DNA of 64,000 nt from Mobula birostris. Its lineage: Eukaryota. The stretch spans positions 46,982,150 through 47,046,149 of the forward strand of contig NC_092379.1 of assembly GCF_030028105.1 (NCBI RefSeq). Direction: 5' to 3'. The notes beneath the pieces are model-generated. The model was not told the origin of the DNA. It was given only the letters and a program-made list of their open reading frames with translations, and searched no databases. How positions within the stretch are numbered: the first letter of the stretch is position 1; the number at the start of each line of letters is the position of its first letter. Below are positions 38,302-50,289 of the stretch, piece by piece. The translations under genes and the position numbers were made by a program.

Positions 38302-41300
38302 CTTTCAACCTTTGCCTTAAATATATGTAAAGACTTGGCCTCCACAGATGCCTGTGGCGACAGATTCTCCACTGTCTGGCTAAAGAAATTCCTGCTCATC
38401 TGCATTCTAAAGGGACGTCCCTCTATTCTGGGGCTGTGTCCTCTGGTCTTAAGACTCTCTCACCATAGGAAGCATCCATTCAATTGATGCCTTTAAATGT
38501 TCGATAGGTTCCAAAGTGGTCACCTGTCATTCTTCCGGGTTCCACGGAGTACAGGCCCAGAGCCATTAAATGCTCTTCATATGACAAGCCATTCAAGCCC
38601 AGAATCATTTTCATAAACCTCCTTTCAACCCTCTCAGTATATCCTTACTTAGATAAGGGCATAAAACTGCGTACAATACTCCAAGTGAGGCCTCACCAGT
38701 GCTTTATAAAGTCTCAACAATACATCCTTGTTTCTATGCTCTAGTCCTCTTGAAATGAATGCTAACATCACATTTGCCTTCCTCACCACAGACTCGACTT
38801 GCAAATTAATTTTTAGGGAATCCTGCACAAGGACTCCCAAGTCTCTTTGCACCTCAGATTTCTGAAATTTCTCTCCACTTAGATAATAGTCTATTTATTT
38901 ATTCTACCAAAGTGTATGACTATACACTTCCTGACACTGTATTTCATTTGCCACTTCTTTACCCATTCTCCTAATCTGTCTAAGTTCTTCAGTGGCCTCT
39001 CTACTTCCTCAAAACTACCTACCACTCCACTTATCTTTGTATTATGCACAAACCCTGCTATAGAGCCTTCAATTTTGTCATCCAAGTCATCAACATATAA
39101 TATAGAAAGAAGTGATCCCAATACAGCCTTGTAGATTACCACTAGTCCCCGACAGTCAACCCAAAAAGGCTCCCTTTATTCCCACTCTTTACCTACTGCT
39201 AATCAGCCACTGCTTTCTGCTAGTCTCTTTCCTGTAATACGTAACGGGCTTACAGCTTGTTACTCAGCCTCATGTGTGGCACCTTGTCAAAGGCCTTCTG
39301 AAAATCCAAGTACATAACACCCACCGATTCTCCTTTGTCTATATCCTCCTTGTTATTTCTTCAAAGGATTCCAACAGATTTGTTAGGCAAGATTTTCCCT
39401 TAAGAAAACCATGCTAACTGCAGCCAATCTTATCATTTGCCTCCAAGTACTTTGAAACCACAACCTTAACTACTTCCCAACTACAGAGATGAGACTATAA
39501 TTTCCTTTCTTCTGCCTCTCTCCCTTCTTGAAGGAGTGACATTTGCAATTTGCCATTCCTCTGGAATCACGTCAGAATCAGTTGATTCTTGAAAAGTCGT
39601 TACTAATGCCTCCACAATCTCTTCAGCCACTGCTTTCAGAACCCTGGGGTGTACACCATCTAGTCCAGGAGACTTATCTACCTTCAGACCTTTCAGTTTC
39701 CCAGGAATCTTCTCCCTAGTAATGGCAACTTCACACACTTCTGCATCCTGACACTCTTGAACTTCCAGCATACTGCTAGTGTTTTGTGCAGTGAAGACTG
39801 ATGCAAAATACTTACTCAGTTCATCCATTTCTTTGTCCCTCATTACTACTGCTCCAGCATCTTTTACCAAATGTTCCAATATCCACTCTCGGATCTCTTT
39901 TACACTTGACGTATCTGAAAAAACTTCAATATTGTTGGCTCGCTTACCTTCATATTCCATCTTTTCCTTTTTAATTACTTTTTTAGTTGCCTTCTGTTTT
40001 TTTTTAAAAAAAGCTTTCTAATCCTCTAACTTCCCACTAATTTGCTCTATTATATTCCCTCTTTGGCTTTTATGTTGCTATGACTTCTCTTGTTAGCCAT
40101 GGTTGTGTCATCTTGCCTTTAGAATACTTATTTCTCTTTGGGATGTAGATATTCCACACCTTCCAAATCGCTTCCTGGGAATTCCAGCCATTGCTGCTGT
40201 GCCGTCCTCCTTGCAAGTGTTCTTTTCCAAACAATGCTGGACAGCTCCTCTCTCATGCAAATGTAATTTCCTTTTACTCCACATCTGACTTTAGCTTTTT
40301 CTTCTCAAATTGCAGGGTGAATTCTATCATATTATGATCAATGGTCTCTAAGGGTTCCCTTACCTTAAGCTGTCCAGTCAATTCTGGTGCATTGCACAAC
40401 ACCAATCCAGAATAGCTGATCCCCTAGTGGGCTCAACCAGGAGCTGCTCTGAAAAGCATCTCATGGGCATTCTAGAAATTCCCTCTCCTGTAATCTAGCA
40501 CCAACCTGATTTCCCCAATCTACCTGCATATTGAAATCTCCCATGACTATTGAAATATTGCTTTTTTGGCATGGATTTTCTATCTCCCATTGAAATTTGT
40601 AGACCATATCCTTACTACTGTTTGGGATATGCATATGACTCCCATCAGGGTCTTTTTACCCATGCAGTTCCTTAGCTCTATCCACAACGATTCATCTTTC
40701 TGACCCTACGTCAACTCTTTCTAATGATTTAATTCATTTTTTTTTTTTTTACCAACAGAGCCACACCGCCCCCTCTGTCTACCTGCCTGTCCTTTCAAAA
40801 CAATGTGACTCCTTGGATGTTAAGCTTCCAGCTATACTCTTCTTTCAGCTATGATTCAGTGATGCCCACAACATCATACATGCCAATCTGTAAACTGTGG
40901 TACAAGTTCACCACGTTTATTCTGTATACTGCACACATTCAAATATAACACCTTTAGCCCTGTATTCACCCTTTTCGATTTTGTCCACCTTTTACATTGC
41001 AACTCATCTTGTTCACTGCAAATTTGCCCTATCAGCCTTTCCTTGCTAGCAGTCTCACTACACATTGCCTCTGTTTGTAAACAAACTACCTCAGCCTCAA
41101 GACTATCAGTCCAGTTCCCATCTCCCTGCCAAATTAGTTTAAACCATCCTGAACAACTCTAGCAAGGGTATAGGTCCCTTTTGTACAGGTCTTACCTTCC
41201 CCAGAAGATATCCCAATGATCCATAAATCTGCCAGTTCCTCAGCCAGGCACTCACCTGCCAAATCACCTATTCTTACCCTCAATGACACGTGGCATGGGA

Positions 41301-41948
41301 AGCAATCCAGAGATGACTATCCTGGAGGTCCTGTATTTCAGCTTTTTACCCAGATCTCCCTTTCAGCTTTCTACCCAAGGTCTCTCTTCAGAATCTCCTC
41401 ACCTTTTCTGTCTCTGTCTTTGGTGCCGATATTTATGAAGACCTCTGGCTGCTTCCCCTCCCTCTTTAGATGGGGTTGCAGCAAAGTAAAAATGCAATTA
41501 GTATAAACGGATGTTCGATGGTCAGCTTGGACGTGACGCACCAAAGCCCCAGTTCCATACCAGAACACTCGGACTGCCCTCAGCACTCACACTGAATTTG
41601 AAAAATGTACATTTGTTCTGTTTATAACCTTGTTAACAACAGAACTGGGTCATTTAAAGTCTTAACCTTGTTAATGAATTAAAAGCGTGACACTCAGAGG
41701 TGGATATAGTCAGCTTTAATCCACTAATCATCCACCTTTCTCTTTAACAATTATTCGTGAGCTGAATTCATTTACTTACAAGTGCATGTTACCTGAGCAA
41801 AACAATGACCCTTTTTAAAATTCATTTATCTCATTGGAATGTAATTAGAAACACCGATTATATTCTTTCTCTTTCTTAAACTTAACCCTGAATCAGCTAC
41901 ACATTAATATCTGACACCCTAACAAAGCAAACATTTCATTCTCACAAG

Positions 41949-42734
41949 TCACTGGTGAATTTTCTGGTGTTTTCGCAAGGTGGATGTACGAGCGAAGCCC
42001 TTTCCACATTCAGTGCAAGTGAAAGGCTTTTCCCCAGTGTGAGTACGTTGGTGGTACATCAGATCTCTTCTGGTTTTAAAGCTCTTCTCACAGTCAGAAC
42101 ATTTATAAGGCCTGTTTTCATTGTGAACACGACTGTGTGAAGTGAGGTTTGTTGAGCACGTGAAGCATTTCCCACACACAGAGCAACTGAAAGGCTTCTC
42201 TTTGGTGTGAATTCGCTGGTGGATCAGAAGCTGAGATGAACTAGTGAATCCCTTTCCACAAACTGAGCAGATGAACGGTCTCTCGGTTGTGTGAAGTCGC
42301 TGGTGGCTAAGATGGTGAGATGATTTATTGAATCCTTTCCCACACAGAGAGCAGACAAATGGCTTCTCTCCTGTGTGACGACGCTTGTGATCAGTGAGAT
42401 GTGAAGAGCAAGTGAATCCCTTCCCACACTCAGAACAGGTGAATGGTTTCTCCCCAGTATGAACTCGTTGGTGCTCAATGAGGTTGGATGAAGACCGGAA
42501 CTTCTTTCCACACTGAGAGCAACTGAATGGTTTCTCATTGGTGTGAAGCCGCTGGTGCACTACGAGACTGACGGACTGAGCAAACCCCTTCCCACACTCT
42601 GGGCAGATGAAGGGCCTCTCCCCAGTGTGACTGCGTCGATGAATTTCCAGCTGAGAAGGCGAATTGTAACCCTTTCCACAGTCCCCACATTTCCAGGGCT
42701 TCTTCCTGCTGCAAGTATCTTTGTGTTTCTCCAT
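41949..42734 (-). CDS. C2H2 zinc-finger protein, 9 tandem fingers, 261 aa, no KRAB visible
   Basis: 9 intact fingers starting KPWKCGDCGKG, ATG in Kozak context atcATGg, acceptor ttgtttttacag|43033. Confidence 0.9.
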   Translation of the reverse strand: MEKHKDTCSRKKPWKCGDCGKGYNSPSQLEIHRRSHTGERPFICPECGKGFAQSVSLVVHQRLHTNEKPFSCSQCGKKFRSSSNLIEHQRVHTGEKPFTCSECGKGFTCSSHLTDHKRRHTGEKPFVCSLCGKGFNKSSHHLSHQRLHTTERPFICSVCGKGFTSSSQLLIHQRIHTKEKPFSCSVCGKCFTCSTNLTSHSRVHNENRPYKCSDCEKSFKTRRDLMYHQRTHTGEKPFTCTECGKGFARTSTLRKHQKIHQ

Positions 42735-43689
42735 GATGAATGATCAGTTCACATCACAGTGACACACACAGGGCTTTTCTCCATTCAGTGGGTAGTGTTT
42801 TCTCAGGAGTGTAAATGTTAAAAATCCTTCCCCCACGCCTGCATTAGAACACTCTTTTGTGGTCCTGAAACTTCTCCAGTCACGTTGATATTTAAAATGT
42901 TTTCTCAGTGGCAACATAGACATACATTTTTTCCTTCCACAATTAACACGATGATACTCAGATCCCAATGAAATTCAGAGGGGTGATGTTGCATTTGAAG
43001 CTTCACCATTTGTTAATTCTCCTCTTCCAACACCTGTAAAAACAATTTTAACATGACTAATAACTCAAAATATGCAGGCTGAGACCATAAAAAATAGCCT
43101 GCCATATACACTAGAATTTGTCCGCCACAATTTTTAAGATCAACGTGAATGCTACATTTACCCCCAACCCAAAGTATACACTGCTATTATAACCTGCCTG
43201 CTTCCTCCTTATCCAGTCCTGATGCAAGACCTCGGCCCAAATGTTGACTGTTAATTCCTCTCCGCAGATGCTGCCTAACTTGCTGAGTTCCTCCAGTATT
43301 GTGTTTGTGTTGCTCTGTTATCACAAGGACCAATCTTGACCACTTCTTGATATTTTGTTGCTATGATAACCTGATTTACGGACTTTTTACAAACTGGATG
43401 GAATCATTATTTAGTTATTTATTAATCTTTTAGGATCTGGACATGGTCTGTCCTCACAGAAACCACCAGTGGGAAGCAACCTTCCAGAATTGTTGCAGTT
43501 CTACTAGGAAACGCTGGGGTTTAGTAGTGGTTGGGGTGCAGACAGAAGGGCAAGATTATTAAAGAGAAAGCTGACCAAAGATCTCAGTCCACGTAAGCAA
43601 ACAGCATCAAAGAATTGTGTACAAGCATAGAACATTATAGCCCTCTGGCCCACGATGTTGTGCCGAACTTATATCGTACTCGCAGACCG

Positions 43690-44280
43690 TGACTGTCAAT
43701 CAAATAAACGGACCAATTGGCTTCTACTCTGCTCTCTGGCTAACCGCCAAGATAGCCGCACATGCGCAGTACTGTGAGCCGGTTAACACCTCCCCCACCC
43801 CCGTTCACCTGGGAGCTGTAGCTAAACGCGCACACCCCCCCCCCCACCCGTGAACAGTCCCCAGCAAGTCTTTGAACGCTAATCCTAGTCCTTGCGTTTA
43901 GATCAGATGTTTCAATAACACCCACCCCACTTCATCCACGAGCTGCACCCCTTCCCGTCCCTAACATTCTCCTACCAGCTGGCTGGGCAGCATCTACAGG
44001 AAAGAGAAAACATCCACTGTTTACTTTTTTTTCTCCCCACAGACGCTGTCTGGCCTTCTGAGCTCCTCCAGCATTTTATGTGTATTACTTTAATTTTCAG
44101 CACCGGCGGATTTTCTCTTATTGTGATTGTTCCACCAGTTCCGGAATCGCTACGTTGTCCGCAGGCCGCCTCAGTCGCTTTTACTGCGCATGCTCAGACC
44201 GGCGCACTGGGTTCGGCGGCCGCTTTGGCTAATCGGTCATAGTTCCACCCGCAAAGACCTCTGGGTATATTTGGGGCCAT
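43690..44280 (-). promoter_or_regulatory. CpG-rich promoter region of the minus-strand ZNF gene
   Basis: ZNF143-like TACCCAGAGGTCTTTGCG (44267-44250), NRF1-like TGCGCATGCTC at 44185 and GCACATGCGCA near 43758, CCAAT at 43713. Confidence 0.65.
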
Positions 44281-44496
44281 TGGGTTGTGAAGTGTGCCAT
44301 TTAGTTTGGGATGGGAAGAGTAATAAATTAATAAATTCCACAAGAAAACGGAATCACTTTAGTAAAATAGAGAACGAGTAAATGCAAATGATCTAATGTA
44401 CAATTATGTAACCCTCTGTTCCTACAGTGCTTTTTGTATTGCCGCAGATTCCAGTATTTGAACTCTAGAACGTCCATGATGTATTTGTGTATGTGT

Positions 44497-44906
44497 TGTT
44501 ACAAGAATCACCCCTTGCAATAATGGTCAGTGAGGCACAGAGAATCTGTAGTTACCGACAAGTAACTTTTATTGTTTCAACTAAAAGCACGTGGGTTCAC
44601 GAACCGTCTCGTGTGCACCCTACTAGAATTCCCTGACAGTCAATGAAGAGAGAAGGATATTACCCAGGAAAGGAATCCGCGCTGGCCAGGCATTCCTCGT
44701 GGTCCCGATCTCCACGTGTCCGTGGAGTCCTCCTTATCCGCGATGGTTGATCTCTGGCTGCTGGAGAGTTATCGCCCCTGCGTATTTGGAGCTCCTGAGT
44801 CTTATACTGTTCCTCATCAGTTGAACCATTGGCTCTCCACCCCATTGGCTCAAGGCCACCTGACCTACCTGGGTCAGCTTCTTAATGGTCATTGTACAGG
44901 GCTACA
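44497..44906 (-). mobile_element. Possible solo LTR
   Basis: Minus strand starts tgtagccc and ends tgtaaca, with CCAAT boxes, tataag and AATAAA in the expected order. No TSD found. Confidence 0.4.
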
Positions 44907-46589
44907 GCCAATATTGTTTGATGGCTCTGCCCACCCCAGCCTTGTGTATTTGTGTCTTTACACCCTGACTGGTCCGCACCAGTTAAAGGAGGCAACCCAG
45001 ACAGAGTCTAACGAGATTACCGATTGCAGGTCTGGCATTTTACAAAACAAGTAGCTACTGCACTGAGAATGGTCTCAGGTATATTGCTGTGATTAGATTG
45101 TCCCAGAGCAAGGATCTGTTCAGAGTCCAAGCCCTTTACATAACAAATGGCTATTTGTTTGAGAATGGTCTCAGGTTTAGCAGATCATTACCAGAAGCTT
45201 CCTGTGTCCACATTCAGTTGCTCTGATTAGATTATCCGAGAGCAAGAAACTGTTCAGAGTCCACAAAATGGGGGAAACAAATACAACTGGATCTGCTTCC
45301 CCTGTCCTTGATCAGACTGCAGTTTCTTCTGGCCAACAGTGCATAGGTATACATGTATAAACATATATACATGTATGTATACTGTGTGTGTGTGCGTGCA
45401 TATTGTGTGGACATGTACATAATTAATATTCGTCAGGCTAGTAACTATTGCAAAAAGCTGGTCTTCATGGTATTTGTACCCTGGGTATGTATGCCCACGA
45501 TACTTGAAAGCTGGAATCTGGAGCTAAAATCTACAATGCTGGGCCAAGAGCGGGTCAAGCTGTATGTGTGGAAAGAAAGGAATCATCAACATTTTAAATC
45601 GAAACATCAGGATTGAAATTGTCGATGGGGTATAAAACATGTGAGGTTGATTGGTGGACCAAATGGGAGAGAGGATGATAGGCAGATGGAACCAGCTGAG
45701 GTGAGGGTGAGGAGAAGGAGGCTGGGAGCAGTTAGGTGGTAACAGACAAGGCAACAAAAAGACACAACCTTCTAGGAGTGAGGAAGGAGGATAAAGGTGG
45801 AGATGAAGGCTGGAAGATGTTAGGTGGAGGCAGAAGATATACATGTGCTGGGCTTTGATAATTAAGGTAAGTCATAAGTGAAAAGTATAAGAGAGGGCTG
45901 ATGGGCAGCTGGAACTACGTTGGGGAGGGTATAGGAGGCATCATGGGAAAAGTGTAGGTGCATTGTGTGTGATGTGGGAAGTATACAACTCAGCAGTAAG
46001 TAAGCCAAACTCCACTTCAGTTGAACACGGGAGTCAGGATATGGCATCAGCTACAGGTGCTTTATTGGGCAGCACTTACTCATGCAATTGAATAAAGCAA
46101 AACTGAGAGAGAACTAGAAGAATACCGTAACTACCTAATGCAGCAAACTTATAATGATTGAGTCACAGACACAGTCCCAAGAAATTAAGAATGCGTAAAA
46201 CTAGTCTTACATATAAAATATCCAAAAATTATACACAACACAAGTAAACAAAGTTTTAAAGTATGCAAGAAGATTAATTTCACGTAAGCATTCTTTAAAT
46301 TACCAAGACCGGTCAAACACTATACCGATAATCAGGAATAAACTTGTATATAATATTAATGCAAAATATTGTTGAGATTCCATTCTCTCTTATGAATTCC
46401 GAATAATGGATTGCACAAACAAAAGAAAGACAATGCAGGATTATGTATGTACTGTATATATTTCAGTATGACTGAAAATCTCTACTATAAACAAATTGGC
46501 TGCCCCCCCCCCCACCCTGAAGTGGTCCAACAGAATTTCAAAGTTAAAGTCTGCAGGGCTATAATTTAAAATATAGCCAATGATGTGGC

Positions 46590-49500
46590 TGTAACCTGTG
46601 TCTCCTCCATTTCCGAAATATCTGCACTCACCCCATCTTCCCTGCCGCTTTAACAGTCATTACCTACCACCCCATGAGCTTCTAGATTCAACACATCATT
46701 CTCCACAACTTCCACCATCTCCAAAGAAATCCTACCACTGAACATATTTTTACCTCTCCCCCTCTCTCCACCTTCTGTAGGGGTTGCTCCCTCTGTGATT
46801 TCCTCATCTGTTCATTCCTCCCGGCACTTATCCTTACAAGCAGCCAAAGTGCTACACCTGCCCATTCTCTTCCATCCAAGGCCCCAAACAGTCCTTCCAG
46901 GTGAGGCAACCCTTCACCTGCATATCTGCTGGAGCTGTCTATTGTGTCCGGTGCTCCCGATGTGGCCTCCTCGACATCGGTGATACCCATCGTAAATTGA
47001 GGACTGCTTTGTCGAGTACCTCTGCTCTTTCAACTTCCCGGTGGCCAGACATTCTAATTCCAATTCCCATTCCTGTTCCGACATATTGGCCCATGGCCTC
47101 TTGTTCCAAGATGAGGCTACCCTCAGGATGGAGGAGCAACACCTTATATTCCATCTGGGTAGCCTCATGATTATCGATTTCTCCTTCTGGTTAAAAAAAA
47201 TGTTTCCCTCCCCCTCCCCTCTTCTTCTGTTCCACACTCTGGCCTCTTCTTGCCTACCTGTCACCTCACCTCTCCCTGGGTCCCCCCCACCCCTTCTCTT
47301 TCTCCTATGGTCCACTCTCCTTTCCTATTGAACTCCTTCATCTCCAGCCCTTTTATCTTTCCTAAGCAATACACACAAAGTGCTGAAGGAACTCAGTGTC
47401 TATGGAAATTAATAAGCAGTCAACGTTTCTGTCTGAGATCCTTCTTCGGGACTGAGAAGGAAGGAGCAATACACCAGAGTAAACAGGTGGCTTGAGGGTA
47501 AGGAGGCTAGCTAGAAGGTGATGGGAGAAGCCAGGTTGGTTGGAAATTTCAATGGCTGGAGAAGAAGGAGTCTGAAAGGAGAATGGACCATAGGTGAAAG
47601 GGAAGGTGAAATGGGAAGTGATAGGCAGGTGAGAGTGGGGAACTGAGAAAGAAGGGAGTGGGGGAGGGGAGGTGTAGGGGGAAGGGGAATTTCTTTACCA
47701 GAAGGAGAAATCAATATTCATGCCACCAGGTTGCAGGCTACCCAGACAGATTTTGTTGCACCTCCACCCTGAGGATGGCTGGCTTGCTGAGTTCCTCCAG
47801 TGTTTTATATGGTGCTTTGAATTTACAGCATCTGCAGACTTTCCCACCCACCTGACTTCGCCTGTCACCTTCTAGCTAGTCCCCTTCCCCTCCCCAACCT
47901 TTTTATTCTTACCCCTTCTTTTCCAGTCCTGAAGAATGGTCTCGGTCTGAAACGTCGGCTGTTAATTCATTTCCATAGATGCTGCCTGGCCTGCTGAAGT
48001 CCTGCAGCATGTTGTGTGTGTTTCAAAATAAAAGCCTGAATAGCAGGGGTGATGTGTGGATAGGAACAGTGGGAAGAGGACAAAACTGGATGAAAGAGGA
48101 ATTGAGGGGTGTGTGGAAAAAATGACGAGGAGACCTCGATGCATCAGAGTTGGGTGAGTTAGTTTGATGCTGGAAGTTTCAATATTGATTCCACTCGGAG
48201 CACCTAGGCAGAATATGAGATGATTTACAAATCAGTGACATAGTCTATGCTTGCTCTCACCAATGTAGAAGAATGTATCAAGAGCACCAAATGCACCAGG
48301 TGAGGTTGTAGGTGATGCATGTAGATCGCTGCCTCATCTGGAAGGGCTATTTAGATTCTAGTTGTTGATGAGGAAGGAGGTGTGGGGAACAAGTTTTGCA
48401 CCTCCTGCGCTTGCAGAAGAAACATTCCATGTGGCGTGGAGTTTTGGGTTGGGAGGGATGACCAAGCAGACCAGGGAATCAAGAAGAGAATGGTTTCTGC
48501 AGAAAGCAATAAAGGGTGTGGAGCAGAAAATGTGACTGGTGGTGGGGATTGCAACTGCATTTGGTGCTCTATGTGACTTTCACGTTGGTGGCCTCAAGTG
48601 TAGACAAAGTGAGCAATTAATGGAGCACATGTCTGTTTGCACTGGTCACCCTCAGCTAATATACAGCACCTCACTGGTCACCCTCAGCTAATATACAGCA
48701 CCTCACTGGCCACCCTCAGCTAATATACAGCACCTCACTGGCCACCCTCAGCTAATATACAGTACCTCACTGGCCACCCTCAGCTAATATACAGCACCTC
48801 ACTGGCCACCCTCAGCTAATATACAGCACCTCACTGGCCACCCTCAGCTAATATACAGTACCTCACTGGCCACCCTCAGCTAATATACAGCACCTCACTG
48901 GCCACCCTCAGCTAATATACAGCACCTCACTGACCACCCTCAGCTAATATACCTCACTGCTGCTGAAAAGGCTAATTTTCCTGACACTTATACCCTGTGT
49001 AGGTATATCTATGACAATCAACTTTATCTTGAACTTGAGCTCACAGTAGCTTCTCATTTCATCTCCTTTCCTGTTCCTTCCCACGTTGTACTGTCCATCC
49101 TTGGCTTCCTCCACTGTCAGGGCTGAAGACCAACACCTCATATTCTGAACAACACACACAAAATGCCGGAGGAACTCAGCTGGCCAGGCAGCATCTGTGG
49201 AAATGAATAAACAGTCGATGTTTTGGGCCGAGTGGAAAGGAAGGGGGAAGATGCCAGAATAAAAAGGTTGGGGAAAGGAAAGGAGGTCAAGCTGGATATA
49301 GTGATATGTAAAGTCAGGAGGGTGGGAAAGGTAAAGGGCAGGAGAAGAAGGAATCTGATAGGAAAAGAGAATGGATCGTAGGAGAAAGGGGAATGGTGAT
49401 ATGCAGGTGAGGAGAAGAGGTAAGAGGCCAGGGTGGGGAAGGGAAGAAGAGGGAAGCAACGGGGAAAAATACCAGAAGGAGAAATCAATGTTCACCCCAT

Positions 49501-50110
49501 CAGGTTGGAGACGACCTGGATGGAATGTGAGGTGTTGCACCTTCACCCTTCGAGTGGCCTCATTGTAGCAAAAGAGGAGTCTATAGACCAACATATTGGA
49601 ACAGGAATGGGGGAAAGGAATTTAAATGATTGGCCACCAGGAAATACCACTTTTTTGCGAATGGAATGGAGGTGCTCGACAATGCAGTCCTCCAAATAAT
49701 GTTGGGAATCACCAGTGTAGAGAAGTCTACATCAGGAGCAGTGGATACAATCGACAACCCCAACAGATATGTAGGTGAAGTATTGCCGCACCTGTAAGGA
49801 CCATGTGGGGCCTTGAATGGAGGTGAGTGAGGATGTGAATGGGCAGGAGTAGCATTTCTCTTGCTTGTAGCGATATGTGCCAGGAGAGAGATTAGTGGAG
49901 AGAGTCAAATGGACAAGGGAATCGTGGAAGTAGTGTTTCCTGCAGAAAGCAGAGTGTGTGGGGGCGGGGGGGGGGGTGGTGTAGAGGTGAAGATGAGTTT
50001 ATGTAGGATCCTGTTGAAGATGATGGACGTTGTGGAGAATGATGTGTTGGATGCAGAAGCTCATGGGGTAATAGGAGAGGACAAGAGGAACTATATCTCT
50101 GTTAAGGAGA
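46590..50110. mobile_element. Cluster of Penelope-like fragments in both orientations
   Basis: AVYCVRCSRCGLLDIGDT and EATLRMEEQHLIFHLGSL on +; EATRRVKVQHLTFHPGRLQPDGVNIDFS on -. Confidence 0.8.
48640..48959. repeat. 32-bp minisatellite, about 10 copies
   Basis: Unit cactggccaccctcagctaatatacagcacct at 48640 plus multiples of 32; no spacers. Confidence 0.95.
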
Positions 50111-50289
50111 AGGACCTCATATTATGTCCAGTGAGAGCATTGAATGTTCCAGTTTCAGGTAACCCTTATCTCTGTATTGTATTACCCTCCCATCGCCGCT
50201 TCCCCCAGATCCACTTATGTCCTCCAGCCCTCAAGCCTCTCTACCCAGTGTTTCACTCTCTCCACTCCCCCACCAGCTTCTATCTACCC

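Larger units (their letters stand above)
36805..41470 (-). mobile_element. Long decayed CR1 (HER1-like) LINE, ORF1 remnant to 3' tail, split by the solo LTR
   Basis: LKVLYLNVCSIQNK (APE start), KSPGLDGVHPRVLK, LYKALVRPHLEYC; tail at 36805-36946 resumes at 38302. Confidence 0.88.

Noticed and set aside
48640-48959. CRISPR-like 32-bp repeat
   Set aside because: Units are contiguous with no unique spacers, there are no cas genes, and the context is vertebrate.
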